From contig JBGSYZ010000007.1 in NCBI GenBank assembly GCA_041750655.1, forward strand, positions 41,493 to 105,492: a stretch of 64,000 bases of DNA. The letters are read 5' to 3'. The stretch comes from Minisyncoccia bacterium (lineage in GTDB: Bacteria; Patescibacteriota; Minisyncoccia; Phycocordibacterales; UBA918). A program made the position numbers and the translations under genes. The notes under the pieces are model-generated. The model searched no databases. It was not told the origin of the DNA and worked only from the letters and a program-made list of their open reading frames with translations. Shown piece by piece: positions 48,770-58,034 of this stretch; the first letter of the stretch is position 1; every line of letters starts with the position of its first letter.

Positions 48770-49162
48770 TTATTTCTTTTTCTGTGAACACTTTGTGCAA
48801 CGACAGGGTTGGCAGTGATCTAGCCAATACTCTTGGCCGTAATCATAGGTAATTTCCTCACCATTTTTGATATAGTTCAGGGCTCTGATTAGTATCTTTT
48901 CTTCTTCTTCGTCTATTTCGGCTTCACAATTGGGGTCACATGAATGGTTTATATACCGAGAAGTATTTGAGCGATCTTTACCATCGATAATCCAGTCATC
49001 ATCTAAAGTAAACAGGTACTTGCCGCCCCGCCTATCACCTTCAGCAGTGGTAATTCTCTCTCCAGTGTATTCGATAACCACGGTGTCTGGTTTAATATCT
49101 TCGTGTGCAAACAATCCTAAACCAGCCTTTGAGCGTTTCACTTTTACTTTTGGAAATTTCAT
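48770..49162 (-). CDS. SET-domain protein (putative protein-lysine methyltransferase); track ORF extends to 49192
   Basis: GLGLFA...EYTGE...NTSRYINHSCDPNC...GEEITYDYG plus post-SET Cys cluster (CQPCRCTKC). Confidence 0.7.
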   Translation of the reverse strand: MKFPKVKVKRSKAGLGLFAHEDIKPDTVVIEYTGERITTAEGDRRGGKYLFTLDDDWIIDGKDRSNTSRYINHSCDPNCEAEIDEEEEKILIRALNYIKNGEEITYDYGQEYWLDHCQPCRCTKCSQKKK

Positions 49163-49220
49163 AACGATTATTTTTACCAGGATACATAGCATTTTACAAA
49201 TGTGATGTGGGATAACAAAA

Positions 49221-49243
49221 ACCGGCGCCCTCCGGGCGCCGGT
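49221..49243 (-). terminator. Terminator for the 49265..49951 gene
   Basis: ACCGGCGCCC-TCC-GGGCGCCGGT, T-run on the minus strand. Confidence 0.65.
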
Positions 49244-49264
49244 TTCGATCGCATATAACCTCGC

Positions 49265-49951
49265 CTATCGATTGTTGGCTAATTGTTCAGTCAATAATTT
49301 GATAAGAAGTTGCAGTAACTCACGAAGTTGCATTTGTAGTTCTGCTTGATCTGTACTTCGACCGTAGTCTCGATATTTTTCATCAAGTCGATCACGGTCA
49401 CGATCTCTATCACGGTCTTGATCCCTGTCTTCATCACAGTCTCCCTCTCGGTCACCGTGGGCAATGTGGGCCTGTACGGCTGATTGGGCTACTTCGATAG
49501 TTCGACCGTCATGACAAAGTTGACGTTTCCGGTCGTCTTCTCGACTATCGTCACTATCGTCGCTATCGTTATCCATTTCTTCATCATCTGTACTAGCCAG
49601 CTTAGCGGCTGCTTTGTCAGCAATTTCGGTAGCACTTTGAGCTTTTTCTTTAGCGTTGGCATACTTTTCATCATCGAAATCATCTATAGCGTTGGCCAAC
49701 TTTTCTTTTGCTTTGCTCAATTCTTCCTCGGCATCATTTATAGTACTGGTTGCAGCCTCACTATTATCAATATCAGACTCTAGGTTTTCAATAGCGTCTT
49801 CAGCATCATTGATAGCATCAGTTGCCTGTCCTTCTGTAACAGTTGCAGCATAGGCCATATTAGCCAAACCAAAACTCATGAATATAGCGAATACTGCAGA
49901 AAATAATACCGGCAAGACTACTCTCAGGTTTATTTCTAATGTCTTTGTCAT
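49265..49951 (-). CDS. Secreted acidic protein with (DR)n repeat (hypothetical)
   Basis: Signal peptide ...ANMAYAATV; Asp/Glu-rich; DRDQDRDRDRDRDR tract. Confidence 0.4.
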   Translation of the reverse strand: MTKTLEINLRVVLPVLFSAVFAIFMSFGLANMAYAATVTEGQATDAINDAEDAIENLESDIDNSEAATSTINDAEEELSKAKEKLANAIDDFDDEKYANAKEKAQSATEIADKAAAKLASTDDEEMDNDSDDSDDSREDDRKRQLCHDGRTIEVAQSAVQAHIAHGDREGDCDEDRDQDRDRDRDRDRLDEKYRDYGRSTDQAELQMQLRELLQLLIKLLTEQLANNR

Positions 49952-50467
49952 AAATAATATTGTTAATTATAAATTTTATCTTTTAATACCACCCATCATG
50001 CAGTATTGGAAAATCCAAACTCAATCAAGTGTACTATAAAAATGATGACGTTGGGTAAACACTTAAGTTACATAAAATTTGTACTCTTGTGTAAAGCTAT
50101 TGTTAAATAAAATTATTGTATTGCAACTACACTGTTCGAGTTTTTATACTATCTAAAATCAGCCTTTACGCATGACTTTTACACAGACTTATTCACTCGT
50201 TATACACAGCTATACGATTATATGGCTAGCTATATAAACCAATTAAGACTCTCTACTTACATAGCCTTGTGTAGATAAAGTCAAGGCAAAATTGACAGTA
50301 GTTTTTTGTAGGAGTACCGTCAATATACAGACCACGATTGATGGGCGTGGTAGCTAAAAAAAGGGGATTACCACTTAACTCGGTCGGCCTGGTCTTAGGT
50401 CGCCTTTTTGGCGTTTAGTTTATTAGGGGTATTTATCAAATAATACTTATTTAACATTTAACAAATT

Positions 50468-52036
50468 ATGACGAGTTCAATTAATTACACAAAAATCATC
50501 ATGAGCGTGGGCATGATTGCCTTCGTCGCTGCTCTGGTGGTTGGAGCGACCGGTGCGTTCTTTAGTGACTCCGAAACTTCAACTGGTAACGTGTTTACCG
50601 CTGGAGCGATTAATCTCACTGTAGATAGTGAACAGCATTACAACAATGCAGTTTGTAATGACAATATTTGGGTACTAACAGGTCCTGCTGAGAATCCACA
50701 ATATCCAATCCCGGGCACACCTTGTTCAGGAACGTGGGCAGCTACTGATTTAGGCGCACAAACATTCTTCAATTTCACTGACGTGAAGCCTGGTGATGAA
50801 GGTGAGAACACTATCTCACTACATGTAGACAGCAACGATGCTTACGCTTGTGTGGATGTGACTCTCACTAAAAACGATGACGTCAGTACAGTATCCCCAG
50901 AGTTAGATGCTGGTGACACTCCAAATACCGGTAGTCTGTTTGACGGTGAGCTAGCACAGAATATGACTTTCTTTGCGTGGGCTGACAATGGTAAGGATAT
51001 TACTGGCGCTACAGTTGGTATAGAAGGTGACAATATTTGGCAAGCTGGTGAAGTGCCTTTATTCTCAAACGTTTCTGGTCCTGCTAGCGATGTGCTAGAT
51101 GGTGAAAGCTACACTCTTGCTGACAGCAGCACTGGTGCTTTGCCGGGTGGTGTAACAAGCTACATTGGACTAGCCTGGTGTGCGGGAACAATCGACGCTT
51201 CTGTACCGGGAACCATTACTTGTGACGGTGGCACTATGGGTAACATTGCTCAAACTGACTCTATGGAAGCCACTATTGCTTTCCGAATTGAACAAGCTCG
51301 AAATAACGAGAACTTTGAGTGTGGAGATATTCTGGGTGCTAATACTGATGTGGCAGTTAACACCAACGAAGTGTTTTCTCAAACTGATCGTGCGGCTGCA
51401 GCAGCCGCTGGAAATTGGTTCTTCTACAATGACACCAATGACACAATCATGACAGTTGATGAATTCAGTGGTACAGCCGGCCTAAACCACATGGACACAA
51501 TTGGTGGTTCAGTCGGTGCATATATGAAGCTTGGTACAGAGACAAATCCTCGTTATAACATTGCAACCTATCAGTTTGGTTCAATACCACTTGCTTCGAT
51601 TGGTACATTGAAATACCGAGTGTACGACGCAACTAGTGACGGCGATCAACCATTTATGAATATTGATGTAGACTTTGCGACTACTTCGATTTCTGGATAT
51701 CAAAATCGTCTTATCTACGTACCAGGTGCCTCAACAAATCCGGCACTAGCGGTGAGCACGTGGACTGACATTGATACATTGAGTGGTATGTGGGGATGGT
51801 CTGGTTATGCAAAAGGACCAGATAAAATTGCAACCACTTTAGACGACAATAGTTGGCCAGATGGTAATACGAATGAATACCGTACTTGGGGCGACATAGT
51901 AGCGTCATTCCCTAGTGCAACTATTTTCCCTAGTGGATTCTTGGGTGTTCGCGTAGGCGAGCCAGGACCTGCAGCAGCAGAGGGTTATATAGATTGGATA
52001 GAGTTTGACGGTGTCAAATACGACTTCCAAAACTAG
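50468..52036 (+). CDS. TasA/camelysin-like secreted protein with SipW-cognate-type signal peptide (paralogue 1)
   Basis: N-terminal TM helix then GAFFSDSETSTGNVFTAGAINLTVD and FFNFTDVKPGDEGENTISLHV (resembles the TasA/CalY N-terminal signature). Confidence 0.6.
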   Translation: MTSSINYTKIIMSVGMIAFVAALVVGATGAFFSDSETSTGNVFTAGAINLTVDSEQHYNNAVCNDNIWVLTGPAENPQYPIPGTPCSGTWAATDLGAQTFFNFTDVKPGDEGENTISLHVDSNDAYACVDVTLTKNDDVSTVSPELDAGDTPNTGSLFDGELAQNMTFFAWADNGKDITGATVGIEGDNIWQAGEVPLFSNVSGPASDVLDGESYTLADSSTGALPGGVTSYIGLAWCAGTIDASVPGTITCDGGTMGNIAQTDSMEATIAFRIEQARNNENFECGDILGANTDVAVNTNEVFSQTDRAAAAAAGNWFFYNDTNDTIMTVDEFSGTAGLNHMDTIGGSVGAYMKLGTETNPRYNIATYQFGSIPLASIGTLKYRVYDATSDGDQPFMNIDVDFATTSISGYQNRLIYVPGASTNPALAVSTWTDIDTLSGMWGWSGYAKGPDKIATTLDDNSWPDGNTNEYRTWGDIVASFPSATIFPSGFLGVRVGEPGPAAAEGYIDWIEFDGVKYDFQN

Positions 52037-52130
52037 TTTTCTCTAGCCGTACAAAACCTCAGCTTGGCTGGGGTTTTGCGGGCTGGCCGGGAACAGGACA
52101 GCGTCTTATCACTATCTAAATATTTATATT

Positions 52131-53771
52131 ATGCAGCGCATTATTTTAAGTCTTATGCTTATCGTGGGAGTGGCTGGGGCACTCACTTACGGAGCGACTA
52201 ACGCCTTCTTTAGCGACACTGAGAGTTCAGTCGGTAACACATTTGCCGCTGGAGCGATTGACCTCAAAGTCGATAACGAAAGTTACTACAACGGTGTTCT
52301 CAATGCGTCTACTACGTGGGAGCAAACAGATTTAACAATCGAAAAATTTTTTGATTTTCTTGATTTGAAACCCACCGACTATGGTGAAGATACTATCTCG
52401 CTTCACGTAGCTACCAACGACGCGTATCTGTGTGCCAATGTGACGCTCACGAGTAATGATGACAATGGTATCAATGAACCAGAATCTGAAGTCGATCAAA
52501 CTGATGGTCCGGGTAATGGCGAACTCGCTGACCTCGTAAATTTCCTCTGGTGGGCTGACGATGGCGATAATGTGCTTGAGGAGGATGAGACAGTGATCAC
52601 TCAAGGTAATCTTGGCCAACTCGGTGTCGGTAATTCCTACCCACTGGCACTGGCTGATAGTGATGAAAATATTTGGACTGGAGAGGGTGGCCCTGTTCCC
52701 GGCAACGAAACCCTTTATATCGGCAAGGCGTGGTGCTTTGGTGATATTGCTCCCGCCCCGCTCGCACAAGATGATGAAAATGATGCTATGTCACCAGCCG
52801 GTGATAATAACAACAATGCTACTGCGGGTGAACCAGAAGACGGTGGTATCACCTGTGACGGCACACAGTTGGGCAACGAAAGTCAGACCGACTCACTGAC
52901 AGCGGACGTTTCTTTCTTCGCTGTACAAGCGCGACACAATGATGGTTTCCAGTGTGATTTTCCTCAGGGTCCGCGCACTACTTTGACTCTCGTAAAGCAG
53001 GTACTTAATGGTGAAGCTACTGTCGCTGATTGGACTCTTTCAGCCGCTGGCCCAACTCCACTGACTGGTATTTCTGGCACTGTTGATGTAACCGGTGTGT
53101 CAGTAACTCCCGGCACGTACGACCTTTCAGAATTAGGTATTGACGGTGAGTATTTAGCTTCCAACTGGTCATGTACTGGTGGTAATCAAACCGATTTTGA
53201 CACTATTGAAATTAGTGAGGGTGACAATGTGGAGTGTCGTATTTCCAACTACTTAGTATGTGATCCATCTCAGGCTTACGCTGATCATGTGGTGACCTCT
53301 AGTCAGGCGTTACGAAAGAATGGTACTGCAGTTCTGCCAGAGCGTTCTAATGCTAGCTCAAGTCTTGGTGCTCCAGAAAGTAGTGGCTTGCCAAGTGACC
53401 CAGCGGTAGCGGCCGGCACCTTCTTTAGTCTTGGGTTTGGCGGCTCTATAGTGGTGGAATTCTTGAACAACTACATAGTGGATGGACCTGGCCCTGACCT
53501 ACAAGTGTGGGAAGTAACTGGTGGAGTATATCCGGACGAGTTGATTCAGCTTGACGCAAGTAAAGATGGAGTGACTTGGTTCCCAATTGGCACTGGTCTA
53601 ACTCGTGACGCGCAGACTGACTTAGCACTGTCCGGACTGTCATGGGCGCGTTATATTCGACTAACCGATATATCTAATCCGGGCGATTTCGCAGATGCTA
53701 CTGCTGATGGCTACGACCTCGATGCCTTCAGCGCGCTCAACTGTGCTGATAGAACCCTTATTCCAGACTAG
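52131..53771 (+). CDS. TasA/camelysin-like secreted protein (paralogue 2) with C-terminal prealbumin-fold-like domain
   Basis: NAFFSDTESSVGNTFAAGAIDLKVD, FFDFLDLKPTDYGEDTISLHV; later TLVKQVLNG...GTYDLSE...GY...WSC (Cna-B/prealbumin-like pattern). Confidence 0.6.
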   Translation: MQRIILSLMLIVGVAGALTYGATNAFFSDTESSVGNTFAAGAIDLKVDNESYYNGVLNASTTWEQTDLTIEKFFDFLDLKPTDYGEDTISLHVATNDAYLCANVTLTSNDDNGINEPESEVDQTDGPGNGELADLVNFLWWADDGDNVLEEDETVITQGNLGQLGVGNSYPLALADSDENIWTGEGGPVPGNETLYIGKAWCFGDIAPAPLAQDDENDAMSPAGDNNNNATAGEPEDGGITCDGTQLGNESQTDSLTADVSFFAVQARHNDGFQCDFPQGPRTTLTLVKQVLNGEATVADWTLSAAGPTPLTGISGTVDVTGVSVTPGTYDLSELGIDGEYLASNWSCTGGNQTDFDTIEISEGDNVECRISNYLVCDPSQAYADHVVTSSQALRKNGTAVLPERSNASSSLGAPESSGLPSDPAVAAGTFFSLGFGGSIVVEFLNNYIVDGPGPDLQVWEVTGGVYPDELIQLDASKDGVTWFPIGTGLTRDAQTDLALSGLSWARYIRLTDISNPGDFADATADGYDLDAFSALNCADRTLIPD

Positions 53772-53808
53772 TAGTAAAAAATTCAGTGGTTGAAGTCATT
53801 AAAAACTC

Positions 53809-54741
53809 ATGTCTAAATACCAACGTTCACAAATAAAAATCGTAATTCTGGCAGTTTTTGTGCTGTTGGTTGGTGTATTAGTGGTGCGTGGAGAAACAGT
53901 TGGTTCAACATTTGCGACTGGCTCAGGAACTGGTGGTCTGGAGTTACAGATAGACAGCAGGACTTACTACAATGGTGTTTTGCAACCGAAATTGTCTTGG
54001 GGATTGAAAAACTTAAAACCATGGAGTGATCGTTTCTTCAAATTTGAAGATGTAAAACCAGGGGACACCGGTACGACCACCATCAGTATTCACATTAAGA
54101 AAAACCCGGCCTGGGTGTGTTTAGATTTTCAAAATCTAAAAGACAAAGAGAACGGTGAAAATGAACCAGAATCATATGAAGATGGTAATGACGGAGGCGA
54201 GCTCTCAAAAGAGCTTGAATTCTTTGCGTGGCGTGATGATGGCGACAATATCTTTGAAGTTGGAGAAAAACCCCTCTTTGGAACCAGTAGCCAATCAGCT
54301 AAAGAGGTTTTAAAAGGGAAATCGTATGCTATTGCTGATAGTACACATGGTCCGGCTCAAGCATCTAATCAAACCAAATACGTGGGAATCAATTGGTGTG
54401 CCGGAGATTTGTCAGTCAATGTCGCGACTGCTGAAATTACGTGTGATGCGGAAGCGATGGGCAATGAAGCCCAAACTGATTCAATGACACTTGATGTTTC
54501 ACTGCGGGCGGTCGCATCTAAACAACAGTCAAAGTTTAAGTGTGTGATGGATGACGAAGGTGAACATCATGGTGGACCAAAAGGTGATCATGATGACGAT
54601 GATGAAGACGATAATCACAACGATGACGATGATGACACTTCATGGCACCACGGTGGGTCAAAAGATAATGCTTGGAATAAGACAAAAAATTACTGCAAGA
54701 ACGCGTGGCAGAAAGTAAAAAATTATAAAAGACATTCATGA
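53809..54741 (+). CDS. TasA/camelysin-like secreted protein (paralogue 3, divergent N-terminus, His/Asp-rich tail)
   Basis: FFKFEDVKPGDTGTTTISIHI and overall collinearity with paralogues 1-2; C-terminal HHGGPKGDHDDDDEDDNHNDDDDD. Confidence 0.5.
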   Translation: MSKYQRSQIKIVILAVFVLLVGVLVVRGETVGSTFATGSGTGGLELQIDSRTYYNGVLQPKLSWGLKNLKPWSDRFFKFEDVKPGDTGTTTISIHIKKNPAWVCLDFQNLKDKENGENEPESYEDGNDGGELSKELEFFAWRDDGDNIFEVGEKPLFGTSSQSAKEVLKGKSYAIADSTHGPAQASNQTKYVGINWCAGDLSVNVATAEITCDAEAMGNEAQTDSMTLDVSLRAVASKQQSKFKCVMDDEGEHHGGPKGDHDDDDEDDNHNDDDDDTSWHHGGSKDNAWNKTKNYCKNAWQKVKNYKRHS

Positions 54742-56291
54742 AGTATATTTTTTACATTATAAATAGTATTTTTGTTCTGCTGATGCTAGCGGTAGCCGGT
54801 TTGTTCTTGGTACCTCTTTTACCAATTGAGCACAATTTGGAACTCAAGATTGTGGAGTCGGGCTCGATGGAGCCAGCGATTATGACCGGGTCACTGGTGG
54901 CTATTTGGCCAGCGACCCACTATGGAGTAGGTGATATCATTACGTTTAAAAGTAAAAGTTCTGAGGTACCTACTACTCACCGTATAGCCAATATTTATGA
55001 AGAGAATGGTCAGACCTGGTTTATTACTAAAGGTGACGCCAACGAAGAAGCTGACTCACAAGCCACAGCAGCTACAGATGTTATCGGTTCAGTCAAAGTA
55101 GCTGTTCCGTACGCTGGCTTTATATTAGATTTTGCTCGTCAGCCGATTGGATTCGCGTTTCTCATTTTATTACCAGCCTTGATGCTTATCTTGAGTGAGG
55201 TAGGGAAAATCTGGTCAGAGATTAAAAAACGAAAAAATACCGAAGCAGCTAGTTCTGCTGAAGTTGAAACAAAGTCAGTTGTCGCTGAAAAAGTAGAACC
55301 AAAACTCGCTTCAAATTCGACTGCTCGTCCAATGATGGATATTTCAACTCCAACTCGTTTTTATGTTTTACCGACATTAGATTTGCGGGGACTGACTCCC
55401 TATCCACGAAGTCAATCGCTCGCGCTTAACCAAAAACCGCCTTCTCGTTGGTTTATTTTGCCTGGCGTTTTCTTGTTTTGTGCCACTGTTATTGGTTCAG
55501 GTTTTCTTGGCTCGACCGTTTCGTATTTTAACGACATTGAGCGCAGCGTTGGTAATGGGCTTCGAGCCATCTCGCTTGATTTTACTGTATTGCCTGACGG
55601 AGAACAGTATAGTTTTGAGAACGGTGAATTACTGGCTGATGATGATGGTGCCTTAGTAACAGTGGTTACTCCAGAGCCCGGCAGTGTGTCCATGCGCTAC
55701 GATGTTTCAGTGGAAGTTACTGGTGGTAACGCACTGTTTTGTGATGCAATTAGTGCTTCGTCCGTTAGTCCGGTTTTGTACAGTGGTTCGCTCTCGGCCC
55801 TTAATGCTAATGATATTTTGTTTGATACTCCGTGGCCTCTCGCACTATCGTTACCTGATAGCACCGGTTTCTTTAATGGTGAAATGTGCTCCCTCGATAT
55901 AATCTTCACTGCTTGGCATTACGATGTTGCGACCGATCAAGGCTACTTTGATGAAGAGCGGGCGCCACTTTCGTTTGAACTAATTTTACCGAACGTCGCT
56001 CCACAACAGTTGCTGATTACTTCGTTTGATGTTGCCACTGACACACCGACTAGCACTCCCGAAACAAAAGCCAGCTCTACCATAGCTCTACCACCAGTAT
56101 TGGATGAAGTAGACAACGCATCACGCACCGAGAATAAACTTGCAGGTGTCGAAACTGAAGCTGTGTTAGAGCCAGAAGTTACACAATCTGATGAAGAGAC
56201 TGAAAAAACTCCTGTTACAGAGAGTGAGGTGGAAAGTACCGACGATGTACACGTGGTTGAAGATGATGTGCAACCAGAAATAGTTGAATAA
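54738..56291 (+). CDS. SipW/Sec11-type (archaeal/ER-type) signal peptidase I fused to a C-terminal TasA-like domain
   Basis: ESGSMEPAIMTGSLV (catalytic Ser box), TTHRIANI (His box), ITKGDANEEAD; then a second TM segment followed by STVSYFNDIERSVGNGLRAISLDFTV (SipW-cognate-like motif) and an acidic tail. Confidence 0.6.
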   Translation: MKYIFYIINSIFVLLMLAVAGLFLVPLLPIEHNLELKIVESGSMEPAIMTGSLVAIWPATHYGVGDIITFKSKSSEVPTTHRIANIYEENGQTWFITKGDANEEADSQATAATDVIGSVKVAVPYAGFILDFARQPIGFAFLILLPALMLILSEVGKIWSEIKKRKNTEAASSAEVETKSVVAEKVEPKLASNSTARPMMDISTPTRFYVLPTLDLRGLTPYPRSQSLALNQKPPSRWFILPGVFLFCATVIGSGFLGSTVSYFNDIERSVGNGLRAISLDFTVLPDGEQYSFENGELLADDDGALVTVVTPEPGSVSMRYDVSVEVTGGNALFCDAISASSVSPVLYSGSLSALNANDILFDTPWPLALSLPDSTGFFNGEMCSLDIIFTAWHYDVATDQGYFDEERAPLSFELILPNVAPQQLLITSFDVATDTPTSTPETKASSTIALPPVLDEVDNASRTENKLAGVETEAVLEPEVTQSDEETEKTPVTESEVESTDDVHVVEDDVQPEIVE

Positions 56292-56319
56292 ATTTTAATA
56301 AAGAGAGAATAGTAAATTA

Positions 56320-56350
56320 AGTCACGGATACCAGTCCGTGACTTTTGATA
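56320..56350 (+). terminator. Rho-independent terminator after the fibre/peptidase module
   Basis: AGTCACGGA-TACCAG-TCCGTGACT followed by TTTGAT. Confidence 0.6.
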
Positions 56351-56394
56351 TGAGCAGTGTTCTTATTGACATAGGGTAGGGGGTACCCTATAAT

Positions 56395-56655
56395 ATGCCT
56401 ATGCAAGAAGATAGAAAAAAAATAATCGACCACATAAGTCGTCTGGAAGGACAGCTTGCTTCAGTAAAATCAGAGCTTTCGCTTGATAATCCAGATTGTG
56501 AAAAAGCTAGTCAAACCCTCCAATCAGCTGCTCGCTCTTTTGCTGGTCTTCGTGAACAGTTTGTTGAAACATTTTTACTAACCCATTTTATAAACAGTAA
56601 AAAAATTAAAAACCAGAGATTATTTAATCAGCTTATTGCCTTAATAAAAAGTTAA
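56395..56655 (+). CDS. CsoR/RcnR/CstR-family metal/persulfide-sensing repressor
   Basis: LSRLEGQLASVKSEL...PDCEK...ARSFAGLREQFVETFL matches DUF156/CsoR helices with a conserved Cys. Confidence 0.6.
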   Translation: MPMQEDRKKIIDHISRLEGQLASVKSELSLDNPDCEKASQTLQSAARSFAGLREQFVETFLLTHFINSKKIKNQRLFNQLIALIKS

Positions 56656-56658
56656 CTT

Positions 56659-57180
56659 ATGAAACATGTTGATGTACATACCTTTAAAGAGGTGGTTGAA
56701 GCCGAGCGTGATAACGAGACTGTTGATTTTATTAATGTGTGCACGCCAGCTGAATATAAAGAAAAACATATTCCAGGCGTAAGAAACGTACCACTTGATG
56801 AGATTGAAAAGAGAGCTGGTGAGTTTGCTAACAAGAAAACACTCTATATTCACTGCCGCAGTGGTAACCGTGGCCGTCAGGCGATGGAAAAATTAGCTAA
56901 GCTTGGCGTAACGGCCGAACTAGTTAATGTTGAAGGAGGAATTATAGCTTGGGATCAAGCGGGATTTGTAACCGACTCACTGACAAATAGAATTCCCATT
57001 ATGCGACAAGTTTTAATCGCAGCTGGTGGTTTGATACTACTCGGGTATGTTCTGTCAGTATCTGTGTTCGATCAATTTATCTTTCTTAGTGTTTTTGTGG
57101 GGGCAGGTTTAATGTTTGCTGGTATAAGTGGTTGGTGTGGAATGTCGTACGTACTCGCTAAAATGCCCTGGAATAAATAA
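56659..57180 (+). CDS. Rhodanese-domain protein with C-terminal DUF2892-like membrane segment (YgaP-like)
   Basis: Active-site loop YIHCRSGNRGRQA; C-terminal two hydrophobic helices. Confidence 0.6.
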   Translation: MKHVDVHTFKEVVEAERDNETVDFINVCTPAEYKEKHIPGVRNVPLDEIEKRAGEFANKKTLYIHCRSGNRGRQAMEKLAKLGVTAELVNVEGGIIAWDQAGFVTDSLTNRIPIMRQVLIAAGGLILLGYVLSVSVFDQFIFLSVFVGAGLMFAGISGWCGMSYVLAKMPWNK

Positions 57181-57202
57181 TTAATAAATTAAAAAATAAA
57201 TT

Positions 57203-58012
57203 ATGCGCTATCTCATTGGACTACTAGGGCTCATTGCTCTTTCAATTGGAGTTTGGAACTTTGGTGGTGAAGAATTAGAAGAAAAACAGCAAAATCAATT
57301 TAAGGTTGAGTCTCAAAAAAATGAAGATTTAGTTGACGAACTGGAAAACTATCAGGTGACTGCAGCTGATTTTGTGAATGCTGATGAGCTCATATCGAAT
57401 GAAGTGACAAATGAACTGTCACAAACTGAAATCGAAGGACTTAAGTATATGCGGGAAGAGGAAAAACTGGCTAGAGACGTTTACTTGGCTTTGTACGAAT
57501 ACTGGAACATTCCTATCTTTAACAATATTGCCGGAAGCGAATCCACCCACATGTCAGCCGTGCTTACATTATTGGAAAAATACAATTTAACCGATCCAGC
57601 TAGTGATAAAAGAGGGGAATTTACAAACAACGACCTTCAAGCTCTCTACAATCAACTAGTAGCTGAAGGTAAAAAAACAAAAGCAGCCGCTTTCACTGTT
57701 GGGGCTAAAATTGAAGATTTAGATATCCGCGATTTGGAAGAAAATATTAATGCGACAGATAATCAGGATATTCGCATTGTCTATGAATCTTTACAACGCG
57801 GATCAAGAAATCATCTCCGGGCCTTCAATCGCCAGTTGATAAACGAAACTGGTACTAACTATGAACCAGAGTTCATGTCAGTCGAAGAGTTTAACGCTCT
57901 TATCTCTACTGGGGTTGAGAAAGGTAATGTACAAGGCCAAGGCAATCAAGGGAGTTTTGAAGGAGGTCAAAATAGAAACTCTGGACAGGGGCAAGGTACT
58001 GGTAGCAGATAG
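57203..58012 (+). CDS. DUF2202 (ferritin-like) secreted protein
   Basis: Signal peptide; YMREEEKLARDVYLALYEYW...NIAGSESTHMSAVLTLLEKY matches the DUF2202 pattern. Confidence 0.5.
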   Translation: MRYLIGLLGLIALSIGVWNFGGEELEEKQQNQFKVESQKNEDLVDELENYQVTAADFVNADELISNEVTNELSQTEIEGLKYMREEEKLARDVYLALYEYWNIPIFNNIAGSESTHMSAVLTLLEKYNLTDPASDKRGEFTNNDLQALYNQLVAEGKKTKAAAFTVGAKIEDLDIRDLEENINATDNQDIRIVYESLQRGSRNHLRAFNRQLINETGTNYEPEFMSVEEFNALISTGVEKGNVQGQGNQGSFEGGQNRNSGQGQGTGSR

Positions 58013-58034
58013 GGTAGACATTAATCTTTTATCT

